Under the pieces are notes generated by a model. The model did no database searches. It was not told the DNA's origin and saw only the letters and a program-made list of their open reading frames with translations. A program made the position numbers and the translations under genes. Shown piece by piece: positions 1-13,271 of a DNA stretch of 64,000 nucleotides. The stretch is from Trichosphaerium sp. ATCC 40318 (lineage: Eukaryota; Protista; Tubulinea), in assembly GCA_038496445.1 (NCBI GenBank), contig JALMLS010000577.1:806001-870000 (forward strand). Reading direction: 5' to 3'. Position 1 is the first letter of the stretch. Each line of letters begins with the position of its first letter.

Positions 1-590
1 CACCCACAACACTTCCACCACCAACAACTCTACCACCAACTACTTTACCACCAACAACACTACCTCCAACAACGCTATCTCCAACGACGCTACCGCCTAC
101 TACGCTACCCCCTACCACCCAAACTCCAACAACACAACCTCCAACAACCTTGCCACCAACAACACTATCACCGACTACACCACCACCAACCACACTGCCA
201 CCAACCACACTGTCGCCAACCACACTGCCGCCAACTACACTGTCACCAACCACATTGCCGCCAACTACACTGTCTCCAACCACACAGTCGCCAACCACAC
301 TGCCGCCAACTGCACTGCCTCCAACCACACTACCTCCACCAACCACATCAACCCCTACAACTCAAACAACTACACAATCTCCAACACCTCATCCTACAAC
401 AGCAACACCAGCAAGTTCTCCTCCGGCACTAGTTACTGCAGCTCCAACAACTGCTCCGCTAACCAACACAACAGAACCACCAACACAAGAACCAACTTTA
501 TCAGCATCACTAAACTCTTCTGCAAAACAATTCACTTTTGCACAACTTCAATTTGTAATTATTTCGCTTGTACTAGTATGTAGCGCATGA
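1..590 (+). CDS. Mucin-like Pro/Thr-rich surface protein, 3' part (5' truncated by window), probable GPI anchor
   Basis: Open frame from position 3; PPTTL/SPTTL repeats; ends in small residues plus a hydrophobic tail (FVIISLVLVCSA*). Confidence 0.8.
   Translation, partial: PTTLPPPTTLPPTTLPPTTLPPTTLSPTTLPPTTLPPTTQTPTTQPPTTLPPTTLSPTTPPPTTLPPTTLSPTTLPPTTLSPTTLPPTTLSPTTQSPTTLPPTALPPTTLPPPTTSTPTTQTTTQSPTPHPTTATPASSPPALVTAAPTTAPLTNTTEPPTQEPTLSASLNSSAKQFTFAQLQFVIISLVLVCSA
3..345 (+). repeat. Coding 15-bp tandem repeat (PPTTL)
   Basis: Degenerate ccaccaacmacwctn units. Confidence 0.85.
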
Positions 591-796
591 GTATCAAACA
601 CATGAGACAATAAAGCAAAAATATTTAAACTAAACCAATGATGGTCAAAAGTGAATTCAAATCAATCAGATTTCAAAATGTTGTGATTGATACCGAATTT
701 GAGATTGATTGATAGAATATTTATAATTTGGTGCTATACCACTGCCGTTCTTGAAATCACGTTAATAGCATGTAGGGGGTACACAAGCAATTTTTC

Positions 797-1120
797 AAAA
801 CCCACATTTTTTTTGTTGTCCAGTTGTTGGTGTTTAAAACATTTCGATATTTCTATCAATAAATGAAAGGATTTGTGAAACGTTCTAGAGACTGGTTGTC
901 TGGAAACATTATGGAGTCCAATCACAGAGTATTGGAGTATCCAAGACTTCTTCAACCCTGCGTTTCCAAAACCGAACAGAAGTGTTGTTCCTCGCTTTGG
1001 TACTCTAAAAGTGGTTGTTGCAATATCGCTCTGTGGTGGGTCTTAAAACATCCTCCAGTTGTAACAATTTCATTACGAACCAGCAACGACACTTCGATGT
1101 CCTAATTTTTTGTTCTCACA
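797..1120 (+). repeat. Dispersed ~320-bp repeat, copy A (inverted copy at ~15435-15753)
   Basis: Near-identical to the reverse complement of 15435-15753; both give the same spurious ORFs (MKGFVKRSRDWLSG...). Confidence 0.9.
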
Positions 1121-1452
1121 TACCTTTCAGGAGTGACATATTTAATGTGTAACATTCAATCAAGTCTTAGTTCACAAAACATTTTAATCACAGTTTTTTT
1201 ATTTGTTGGAATTCTGGTACATTTGTGGTGTTATCAAGCCGTTTTCTTTGCCTGAAAAGTAACTGGCTAAAGCGCTACTATAATCCCACCTATTATCAGA
1301 AAGACATCCTTGAGCATACTGCATTTTTAAACCTGTCATAAAACATAGTTTTCTGACCATTGCTTCTTTATCGTTCTAATAAATGGAATTATGGCTTTGT
1401 ATGATAATGGTTTTAATTATTTTGAATCAAAAGCGATAAAAAACATGTAGTG

Positions 1453-4400
1453 TTACAGGTTTAGAGTACTTTGAGGCTTGTACGATAATACATTGGACAA
1501 ATCAAACTTGGAAACACAAAAAAAAAACAATTTGAAGGAAAGAAAGTTTGGCCATTTTTTTGTCATGTGGGTTCTAACAACGCACTGATAAAAATTACAC
1601 TAAATAAACAGATTTCTTTTTGGCAGTAAATAAAAATCCGATGTCAAATACTTACTTGTTGAGGCATGCGTAGACCAAGACCAACAACTGGTTTTTGTGG
1701 CTGCTGTTGTTGATTTGCAAAACCGCTTGTACTAAGTTGATTTGAGAAACCACTACTGCTTAGTATTGGTTGTGATTGTGGCCCGGTAGTAGCTTTTGGC
1801 AAAGGTCCTGGGAAGAGTCAGTAAAAAACGAAAGATGATTTAAAAAGTTTTTTTTGTTTGAATTTTTTTTAATCACCTGAGTAGTCTCTTATTGTTAATT
1901 GATCATTTATAATACTAACAGACCATCCAGATTGTGAAGAACGGCTTCCAGATAAGCATGGCTCGAGTATCAATGTTCTATGAAAACTTCTATTTATACC
2001 TTCCGCAACACCTCTATTCTCCCAAAAATGACCATAAACACTTACGCAAATAAACTAAAACAAAAGCATGAGTACATATATCAAGTTGTAAACTATTAAA
2101 ATAAAAGTCACGTGTAAACAATTGCGTAAAAACGATAGTGATAAGAAAAAAAGAAGAATTGAAGAAAACAAATATCACTGTACCTCTCTTGTTCCTCTAC
2201 GTATTAGTACTTGATCGACAAGCATATCATCTGCATTATGGCTTGTAGGTGGTGCTACATCTTTGAGCATATGTATAATAGAATAGGCACCGGCACACGC
2301 CAAACTAACACGGCGATCTGCAAAAGACAATCAACACAAAGCAAAGTAATTAAAAAAAATTACAGGCAAAAGGTTTAAATTCTGGCTAGAGAGAAGGCTT
2401 GTGTTGCGTACTTGTATCTGTGACGGCAATCAAGTTTCTTGAATATCCTAAGTAACCTTGTAGTGGGTGAGCTCCTTGTTGACTAGCATTGTGTTAACGA
2501 TTTTGGTTGTTTTACTAAATTTTTAACAACTTACTTTCGCTTGTGTTTTGCTTGAAATGATGTATGTACAGATATAGAAAACAACGCATCTGAAGCGTAA
2601 GCGTCTGCTAAAGTTTCTCTACCAGTATCATAATAATGAAAGTATCTAACAAGGAGTAAGAATTAAATAACTGCAACAAGATCCTTTTTGTATCAACAAA
2701 CTACAAAAAGAATCCATCACGTACTTCTTTAAGAACTCCTTCACCAACACTTCACGCTGTGAAGAATCATAAACACTACCTAAAACAGGTATGCCCCTTT
2801 GTGTAGAAGAAAATGAAGGAATACTAAACTCAATAATAGGTTCAACCTTGTTCTTATCTAAAAACCTGACAGTAGGAAATCGTCTAACAACTTCACTAAA
2901 CAAAAAATACTGGATTAGACCAATATTTGACATCCTTATGTTTGTATACGACGTACGCTCTATACGCTGATTCGTATGATATTGGGTTACCCTCAAATAC
3001 AAGTTCAAATGCCTTGATACCATGTAAATGGTCTAACTCATCAAATCGGGAAATAAAGTTATCTTGGAAACTTAATTTCTCTAAGTTAGGGAGAGCCTGT
3101 GCTAACGACTGAAACCCAGCTAATGTTTTAATACCATTTCCTCTGAGGTTTAGAGTAGTCAACTATTATCATTTACGTCAGAAACAAGCAATGTGGACGA
3201 CAACAAAAAGAATGGTTTTTCAAAAAAATAGTTGGTATTTTTTTCAGCATCGTACGCTGGCACATCTCATTGACAGTGAGCGCATAACAGCACGCATGAA
3301 TGGAATATTATTAAAGTTCCATTGCACTCCATCACCATCATTTTCCATTGCTACTTCAGATAAAGAAAGCGCCTTAGCATCAGTGTTATACCGTGATTCG
3401 ATGTACCTAAAAAAAATATAATGAGCAAAAAGATTGGATATTGGGTTTTACTTTTATCATTACTTTTGACGTACATTGATACTAGCCGTGCTTCATGAGG
3501 GGAAGCTTTTTGATTTATTCGATAGTTATAAGCATTATTTGATGAGTATTTGATTTGAAGCTACAACATTATGTAAGCACAATGAAAGTTTATCGTTTTA
3601 GTTTTTTTTTGATATTTTAACATTAAGGTCACAGTGGTCTTATACAGACCGTGCTTGATTTAATTTAAATCCAAACATTCCTTTTAATAAATAGGATTGA
3701 TTTCCTTGGAAATCAAATACTTGGAGCGTACATTTGTGTAGTTAAAATCAATGCCATTGAGTTTAACTATCCCCTTGGCTTGACTTCTATCAGCAATTGT
3801 AACCCATCCTACTTGGCCATCAAAGCCTTCTTCCTCTCTTTCACCAAACTAAGGCGTGCGCATGTTAATAGTTATGTAGAAGAGCTATTTAAAGAAGTGT
3901 TTCAGTAGCACCTGTTCCCACACGAAATAATTCTGCTTTTTGAGGAATAAAAGGACATCTTTTAGGTTGTCTGTATCCTCATACCCCGTTATCTATAGAT
4001 TGTTTGAGAAATAACGACTTTTTATAGTAAAAGCCTAGTTACTCACCTGTAGTTCTATTAGTTCGTCTCCATTGATACTTGTATCCATGTCATTCTGTTT
4101 GCGTTGTTCTAGTTGAAGTTAGAGATGGAATGTATGTTAATTAACGTGTATGTACTGTATGATCGCGCTTTTGTGGTGGATTTAATGTCTCCTCTTTCTT
4201 GCCCGTGTTTGCGTCCGCCTGCAATAAAAAAGTGTTAAGATACTTGTACACCTGTCAAATTTGCTCCCACCTCGTCCTCTACCTCCTCTGCTGCCTCTAC
4301 CACGCCCTCGGCCGCCTCTTCCCCTTCCTCTTCCTTTTCCTCTTCCACGGCCACGATACGCGCCACCATCACTATTTTATTGCATATAAGTCGTTTTGGT

Positions 4401-4466
4401 GTAATTACATAATAAGTGACAGTTAACAACGCACCCACCACTTGTCCCACTCTGCTCGTTGCCCAT
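1453..4466 (-). CDS. NXF1: Nuclear mRNA export factor NXF1/TAP/Mex67-like (RGG region, LRR, NTF2-like), multi-exon
   Basis: RGG-rich N-terminus; LRR TTLNLRGNGIKTL...PNLEKLSFQDNFI...VFEGNPI followed by VRRFPTVRFLD; NTF2-like exons (YYDTGRETLADAYASDALFS, SRNLIAV, VAPPTSH). Confidence 0.8.
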
Positions 4467-4613
4467 TGCAACGGAAGCAAGCTTCTTTAGCGTTTTCTTA
4501 GATTGTGGAACACGGAAATTAGGTTGACTAAAGTGGTAAACTTCAACGACTTTTCTGAGGCTACCTTTACATAAAACGCTGCGCTGTTTACAATGTACAT
4601 TTTTTTTATTAAT

Positions 4614-5672
4614 TCAAAGGGCCTTTTCTTTAGCTCTGCGAGAAAATTTTCCCTTTTTGCTGGCACAAGGAACTTTTGTTGGCTCCTCTGGGTTACAAAT
4701 CGCAATTGTAGTGCGTTTAATAAGCAAAAAGATAATCTTTAGTATTACAGCCAATACATCAAACAAGACGTGATGGTATACGTCAAAATTATGCTGGAAT
4801 GGGTACGCGAATTTCTAGAAGACAATCAGCAAAAAAACCGACAAACTTGTCAAACGCAAATGAGACCAAAACTGTTTAAAAAGGGGTGAAAACGTACGCC
4901 ATTCATAACACGGCAAGTCAACTGAAAGCTTAGGTAAGCAATGGCGAATGCCAAAACAGACATTAATTCGTGAGTTAGGGAACTAAGCCCGTTAGCGATA
5001 TTCAGGCGTATTTTAGCGTAATAGAGTGTACTTACTTGTTCCAATGCCGAAAAAATATGGTTTCGATCGCTAAAAAAACAGCTGGTCCCAAATGCTGGAA
5101 AATTAACAACGACCATGGCGTAGCTTGCTGTCTGAAATATTGATTAGCGACATAGTATTTTTTAAAGGTTCTCAGATAGTTTTGTGTTACTTTACGTTCA
5201 CATAAGGTGTTGGGAACTACAGAAGTGCCAATGTACGTACTCTGGGTCAGGAACAATTTTTTCTGGATCAACGGCGTAAAGACCCCAGAAAAGAAGGCAT
5301 ATATACGCTTGAGAAACGCAAGATACAGTATATAGGGCTCTTGTGACGGTAGAGCGCTTCGATTCTGAGCTGTTTGTGAGAAATTATTATTAATGTAACT
5401 TGAGTACCCTTCTTGTTAGTAAGGCAGTAGTAGTCGCCCAAGTATACCCAGAAGTGAAATGCTGTTGCTACTACTAGTCCCCATACCGTCATGTAATTGA
5501 AACAACCACCCACAAGAGAAGGATGGTATTGCATACTCCAGAAGAGAAACGCTGCATTGCAGAAAAACGCGAAAAAATGCCATATCATTCCCACATAGAA
5601 AGAAATAGGCCGTTCTACCAAGCAGAGCTGTTCAGGCATGGCATTCAAAGTGGTGTTGCGCAATACAACCAA
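4614..5672 (-). CDS. FAR-17a/AIG1-like multipass membrane protein (5' end uncertain)
   Basis: GGCFNYMTVW (Thr motif), QHLGP (His motif), NG.FAYPF; hydrophobic helices. Confidence 0.6.
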
Positions 5673-6957
5673 TTCGGAGAGAACAATGGTTTAAGTAATG
5701 GCTGCCTTAGGCAATCAAAATTTTTTGCTGAAATGATGGCTAAAGTAGTTATTGCCTACATTTGCTCGTGTAATACTATACGAGTTCATTGTAGGATACG
5801 TATGGAGGTGTGCAATCAACTTCGCGATTTATTGCTGTTTCCACTCAATTTTCTATCTTCCTTGTAAACGGCGTTGTGGCGTCAAAATCTTCACGATTAG
5901 TATCTTGTAGCGTCTGATTTGTAGTTGCTAACGTAGAGAATCCGTTCGTTTCGTCTTAGTTTATTCTTCTTCAATTTCTGCTTGTGCTTGATCCAACGGT
6001 CAGCGCGATGGTTTGGCGCAAATAAGATACGTATCTGTTGTAAAAAACGCGGCGAAATCCATTCCCCCGCACATGAAAAACGGCTATAGTTGGTTTATCA
6101 CGTGATACACAAAATAACTATTATCACAAGTTTTTTTATTTACAAAAACGTACCCGCTACGCGTAACACGATTCCGTAGTAGTGTAGAACTTGTACATAA
6201 ATACCATCATTGCGTTTACTTGATCATCACTGCTACAACACTCAGTGCTTGTATGCGTTCTGATGAGTCACTTCGCTACACCTATGATATCTGCGTTCAA
6301 CATCATTTTAAGTATTGCAGTATACACCGATATATGTAATATCAACGCAGTAATAGGCGCTACAATGATTCCCTTATAACTACGCATAGCGCCATGGATA
6401 GTTCACAACCGCGTATTTTTATCCATGTTATTGGCCAAAAAACCGACATTGCGATAAGGAAATTAGTATGGCATTCAATAATACCGTGAGGGTGACAATA
6501 CCATTTTGGTAGAAACAGGGCAAAAACTAAAAACACGTTTTTACCGGCACTATTTTACATGTGCTGTTCTATTTCTCTCACATACAGCGTGTTCTTTCTG
6601 AACAGAAACACGAACAATAGTGTGAAATTGTATCGCAAGTTGTAGTAAATACAGTTTTACTACTGGGAACGCTTTACAATTCAAAAGAATAGGTGAGCGA
6701 CTTTTTCAGAGCAATTGACAAAGGTATGAGAATAGGGTAATCGTAAAAATGAAAGTACATCCCCTTGCCAAACCCAAGCGCTAGGAAAGATACCCCGCTA
6801 CAAAACACGTGATTATTATTACAATAATAGCCTCCCACCAACGCATTTTGGGTGTTTCTAGCGAATGCAACTGCAAGCTCGCGCGCTAGCATTGTGTGAA
6901 CTGAACTTTTATATCAAAATTCAAAACAACAACACGCTCAACAACTGCTCTCCACTC

Positions 6958-8430
6958 ATGGCTAGAAGTATTTTCGTTGCGCTTTTAATCATAGCGTTCT
7001 GTAATTCTGTACTCGGTGCTTGGAATACACCAACAATAACCGACAACAATCATTACTGGAAACAGCAAATCAATGCAGGAAATGTTCAACGAGACTGGGG
7101 CGAACAATTCTCCGCTCGTAGAAAAGCCGATATGACAGCTTGGCGCGATCACCCTATTGATGGATTCAGAGGGCGTTACAACCAGCATTTCAAACCCGAC
7201 GGTACCTATCTTGGCGACACACGAGGACAAGACAACAACGATGGCTTTTTGACATTGAGATGTGGATACCTACCTACAAACGAACACTACAACTGGAACT
7301 ACCAAGGCAACCAACACACAGTTAAATGGTACTCGGGTTACTTCAGTACTAAGGATCGTACCGCTATTCCATGGAGATTCTACGAGGCAAGAATGCGTAT
7401 TTCAGCGATTGGAAATAATATGGCAAGAAATCTCGCTAACAGTTTTTGGATGAGACACAACCAAGGTCCTATTGGTCCAGCTGAAGTAGATGTCATCGAG
7501 TATGTAGCCAACAACTGGAACAATCAGATGCCGTCGAACTTGCACAACACCGACAACAACCTTGGTTACAGAGCTCCTATCAGTTCAAACACTGGATGGA
7601 ACTACTATGGCTTTTTAATGGAGCACGATAAGCTTGAATGGTTCTACAACGGTAGACGCGTACGCCAAGTGTTCAAAGTTAGTGACAATCCGCTCCAGTA
7701 TCGATCCATGCCAGATAACAAGCTACATTCCGGAAGAACGGCGACTCAAATATTTCACATCTCAAGAACTCCACAAAATATTATTTTTGATCAGGAAGCG
7801 CTTCTTGGTTCTATTCCTGGAACTCCACCAAATTTCAGAGATTCTAGAAAGTATGATTTCCAGGTGGATTATGTTGCTAGGTATAGAGTCGTACAAGGTA
7901 CACTGCACTCAACTTTTTGTTACCTTTGTTCTTTCTGTTTTTTAACATTCTTTTAAGGTGGTACACCAGCTCCTCCACCTCCGCCTCCGCCTCCTCCAAT
8001 GGGTAATAGGTTCAATTTAAGGAAAGGAAACTCTCTAGGTTTCTCTCTTGACGGTGGTACCGGCGGTAGCAACAATCAGAATATTTTCTTGTACCAATTT
8101 AACATCAACAACATAAACCAACACTGGATACAGATTAGCCGAGGTAACGACTTCTATTCATTCCAAAAAAGGAACACAAATCATTGCCTTGATGGAGGAA
8201 ACGGTGGTGGTAACGGACAGAACGTAAAGATGTATCAGTGCTCATCTGGAAACCAAAACCAACATTGGAGAAAAGTATCAGTTGGAAACGGAAGATTCAG
8301 ATTAGAAAAGAGAAACGCTCCTGCTTACTCTATTGACGGTGGCAACGGTGGTGCCAGCGTCCAAAATGTTTATTTGTGGTCTTCCAATAACGGAAACCAA
8401 AACCAGCACTGGCAGTTTGAAAGTGCTTAA
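6958..8430 (+). CDS. Secreted GH16-like glycoside hydrolase with C-terminal ricin-B (CBM13) lectin; one intron 7898-7957
   Basis: Signal peptide MARSIFVALLIIAFC; FYEARM, SFWM, EVDVIE catalytic motif; poly-Pro linker; three QxW repeats. Confidence 0.9.
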
Positions 8431-8731
8431 CCACGTGTCTTCTCAATAAATAGTGTTAGTTCATTTCAACAAAAAATTTCTTGTTTGTCTTTTGTGCATG
8501 TGTCGAGAACTTGTTCGTATCAAGACACATGCAACAATAACGAACGGAGGGACTCGTAAGTCCAAAGCAGAAATACTTGCTTCTTGTACGCGTAGCGACC
8601 CAGAACTTAACTGCACTTTAAGTTCTATTAGTTTTTTGTCTTTAAATCCTAATAAACGTGCGTCATGTTTGGTTTTACGTTCGAGAATAACCAGACTGCT
8701 GAAGAGTTTGAAATACTAATTTATTGGGTAG

Positions 8732-9861
8732 ATGCAAGCTGTTATATGCCCTTCTATCTTAGCTAGTGACTTCGCCTCTCTTGGTGAAGGTACAATTTTT
8801 TTCTCCGCTCAATATTCACAACTAGTGTAGAAAGTAAACGTATGCTTACCCTGGGCGCCGATTGGCTACATGTAGATGTTATGGTGAGCTTTTAACTATT
8901 TACAATTAAAAAATCGTTTAAAACCTCCTTAGGACGGTCACTTTGTACCAAACATCTCCATTGGTACGTCCTAGACGTCATTTGTTTTTATATATACGAC
9001 ATTTTCGCCATAAAAGCGACTGACAAGCTCAGGACCAACTGTCGTAAAGTCTCTACGCAAAAGCTTAGGCGACAAGCCATTTCTAGACTGTCACTTGATG
9101 GTTTCGGAACCTTTGAAATGGGTTACCGCGTTTAAAGACGCAGGTGCTTCTCAACTCACTCTTCACATTGAAACAATAGGTACAAAGTTCGTTACATTTG
9201 TACAAAAAATCGTGAAGAAGCCTACAACTTTTTTCGATTTTTCTTAGTTGTTTGATCACATGATGATAATTTAATATTGATTGTATGTATTAAAATACAT
9301 ATAATAAATTTACGTGTAGAGAAAGATCCAAAAGCAGCTGTGAAGGCCGTCAAAGACGCAGGAATGAAATTTGGCGTCGCTTTAAAACCTGGTACAAAAA
9401 TTGACACAATGTACGCGTCACAGTGCGGGATGTTGGTGTAAACTAATTTTTTACGTTTAGACTACCTATCATCGATGACTTAGATCTCGCATTGGTTATG
9501 ACTGTATGTAATTATAAATCTATAGTGAAGAGAAGTGCTCACTCTCAAAAAAGGTTGAACCTGGATTTGGAGGGCAAAAGTTTATGGAAGACATGATGCC
9601 AAAGGTAGAGAAACTGCGTGCAAAGAAACCAGACTTGAACATCCAAGTTGATGGAGGATTGAATACAGAAACAATCAAAGCAGCTGCCAAGGTATTAATT
9701 TTTTGTTCGCTTTTTCTTTTGATGAAGTCAGAGTTTTCTTGAAACTTATCATGTCTGTTAAGGCCGGTGCGAATGTAATTGTTGCTGGTTCTGCTATTTT
9801 TAAAGCAGAAGATCCAAAGAAGGTCATTGATACACTTCGTGCTACTGTAGATGCTAAGTAA
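8732..9861 (+). CDS. RPE: Ribulose-phosphate 3-epimerase, multi-exon
   Basis: [60 protein letters not shown]. Confidence 0.95.
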
Positions 9862-10408
9862 TTGTAAATTTTGACAAAATGAACTATTTTTTTTGCTTTG
9901 TGTTCAACTGCAATGATAGAAGCAAATAAATGACATGTTTGACAAGCTGCAAATGGCGATCTAATCGTTTGACGCAAAATGAGTGCTAATATCTCCACAA
10001 CTGCAACATAGTTGTAATGGTACTAGTAGCGAATTGTTTCTTTGCAGGTAGCAAAATATTTCGTCAAAACACGTCAATAGTCTTCGCAAACTCATCATGC
10101 AGATAATTATTGCAATAGCGGTGTTAAACGCTAAGTACAAAGCCCCATAGTCGTAAAATATCTCTATTGCTCGTAGATTACTGTTACGATGACCTTATTA
10201 TCATAGTGACAGAGCGCAAGTTATTAGTTTTTGCCAGCATTACATTTTTTCATTCCTTCAATTAAAAGGATAAATCAGTCTGTATGCGTGTAACAGAATT
10301 AATTATATCAAGAGTACACCTAACCTAGCCTTTAGCGCCTTGCGTGATTTAGAGGATAATACAACACGTATAAGCGCGTGGAACCTATTTGAAAGTGGTC
10401 GTAGAGAA

Positions 10409-10481
10409 GTTCCCTTAGCTCAGTTGGTAGAGCAGCAGTATCATAACCTGCGGGTGGTGAGTTCGATCCTCACAGGGTTCA
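10409..10481 (+). tRNA. tRNA-Met(CAT), elongator type, with acceptor-stem mismatches (possibly a pseudogene)
   Basis: D arm GCTC-AGTTGGTA-GAGC; anticodon CAT; T arm GTGAG-TTCGATC-CTCAC; TTTT terminator at 10484. Confidence 0.85.
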
Positions 10482-10765
10482 TATTTTATAGAAATGTTGT
10501 TGCAGTATTACCAACTTCTTGGCACCATACCAGTTAAACAAATACTTGTTAGATGTTTTTGCACGTCTTCATACTACTCATCCATCCATACAATGAAGCT
10601 TATGATTAGCTTGCAGTTTTTTGAGGAGGCAGCTGATACACTTCACTATCAAGTCTACAATTGTAACAACTTGAACAGCTCTAAGGTTGTCTATTTTTTA
10701 CGAGCGTGATTAAGGCACTTGAGTTAAGGAACACTGTACAAGAATACACTACCCATTACAATACA

Positions 10766-12449
10766 ATGCAAGGCACTGTATCGCCAAAATATGAACGTGT
10801 AGTGGATGCTTTTTCAAAAACGCTGGCAGAAAAGGATATAGGGGCTTCTCTTTGTGTATACGGTATAATAACATACTGATTTATAGTATACTCACTAGTA
10901 CATTGTAGAAAAAGGAGAAAAGGTCGTTGATATTTATGGTGGCTACGCTTACCAAAAAACAAACAAAAAATGGGACGCGGACACGCTAGTGAATGTATAC
11001 AGTTGTTCAAAAGGCATTGTACGTCATTGTTACGCCAAATTCGGCATTTTTAACGCTTCACTATCTGATTTTTTTTTTTTGGTTTTTTTTTCGTCTCGAC
11101 TTGGTTACTTACTCAAAGTCTAATCCTCTTATAGGCAAACACATGTCTGGCTCTTCTTGTTGATAGGGGACAACTATCATATGAAAGACGTGTGAGCCAC
11201 TACTGGCCAGAGTTTGCTCAAAACGGAAAACAAGATATAACAGTGCAACAGCTATTATCTCATCAGGTGTGCTATCTTTGATACAATATTGTTATTGTTC
11301 TTACAACTGTTTCGTAAGGGTGGACTTTGTTCTCTTGATACACGCATAGATAAATCACTTTTAGAAAAAGTAAGCACGTGACATCACGTGATAAAAATTC
11401 TTACAATATTAAGTGTAGTAATGGCGATTATGCTGAAATGGATAGTATCCTAGCCTCACAAAAACCAAGGTGGGAGCCTGGTACTGCTTTTGGTTATCAC
11501 GTACGAAGGCCTTAGTTTTTTTTTATTTTTGGGTTTTTGATGAGCTTTTTTTGGTAATGTTTTATACTTCTAGGCTATTTCCATCGGATTCTTTGTTAGT
11601 AAACTAGTTAGAACAGTAGATAAAAAATCAAGAAACGTTCAAGACTTCTTCACAGATGAATTTCAAACAAAGTTTGACATAGACTTCTATTTTGGATTAC
11701 CAACAGAATTCCCCTTACAAAGGTTCAAAATACAATCGTAACTAAAATCCTAAAATCTTTATTTTAGGATAGCCAAACTCTACCAAAAGCCAGCAAACAT
11801 GCAAGCTCTTCCACCTATTTCTAGGCTTCAAATAGAAGCTTATACAGTCGTACAGAATTACAACCCGTGGAAGTTCAGGTACTACCTCCAATGCAATCAG
11901 ACGCATGATATTTATTATTTCTCAGGTACTTGGAAGTTCCTGCAGCTACTGGATTCTCAAACGCTCGTGGACTAGCTAAGATGTACTCTGTATTTGCGAG
12001 CAACGGATATATCGACGGTACACGTGTGTTTAATGATCCCCAAACAATCTCAAAAGCATCAAAGAGAGTTGTAAAGGTAAATACGAGAATATTAAAAAAC
12101 GAGGATGAATGCATGGATTGAACGTCTCACAATGACCTTTTTAGGGTAAGGATCTAGTACTCAACAAACCAGTCGCTTTCACTGCCGGAGGATTTTTCTC
12201 GATTCCATTTGACGGAGAGAGGGTCATTGGTCACCGAGGTTATGGAGGTGATGTTAAATAGTAATAACAAAATGTGATTAATGTTTTGTAGGTTCTGTAG
12301 GAATTGCCGCAACAGAGTTAGGATTAGCTATCGGATACACTTGCAACAACTTATATACGGAAGCAGAGACCCAAGCTTGGGACCCTAGACATGAAACGCT
12401 GTTCAAAGCTGTTTTTGATTCCGCACGTAATTCTAAAAGTAAATTATAA
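10766..12449 (+). CDS. Beta-lactamase-family serine hydrolase with PTS1 (…SKL*), multi-exon
   Basis: VYSCSKG (SxxK), [42 protein letters not shown]. Confidence 0.9.
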
Positions 12450-13271
12450 TGTGCAGCAATTGCCTTGTAAGGCAGAAGCACTGACAGCCTCCAAAGAAGA
12501 TATCTCATATATGGCGCCTTATTTGAATATTTAGTTGGTGATAGATCCCAAATCATGCGCACAGCGCAATTCTTGCACTGGATAAAATAAAAAATCAATA
12601 AATAGTTTGCTGAAAAACTAAAAGCAAATTACCACGTGCTGGTTACATGTAATCTGTTGCAAATTTCAACATATGTTTCATCGCATGACAGCATTTTTTT
12701 AACTGACAATGTAAACAAGATGAATTCCTCAGCCCTTTATCAGCAGTGTTGTATGCCAATGACCAGCCAGTATGGAACTAACTTGTATCTGTTTGCAATA
12801 TTCATCTTTGTATATCAAAACTGTACTGCCTGGTAATCCTCAAACAAAATAAATATTAGCGCTACAAGCTACCATTTAATTCTTTGTTGTCTCTAAAAAA
12901 CAAAGCTCCTATCTACAAACAAGTGTCAAAAACAAAAGCGAAATTCAAAATCTTGCGAAATAGTTTGACTGAAAAACAACCCAACTTGAGTTTTGAAGAA
13001 GGGCAGCTCTACAAGGTTCATATAAGTCGTTAACCTTAATAAGCGCTTTTTAAACAGAATCAGGAGTAACTATTGAGTATGGTACGTAAACACCATGTAA
13101 AACACGTGTAGCTCACTTGTAACAATTTCATAAGTGAAATCTAGGCTTTAAATTATTTTTTTAACCAGTCTTTGTTTTGGCGCTACGGCCGCAAGCACAA
13201 CAGACACATTGTCTTTCTTTTAATTACTAGTACTTTCAAAATAACGTTTTTATATCTCGTATTTTGTTCTC

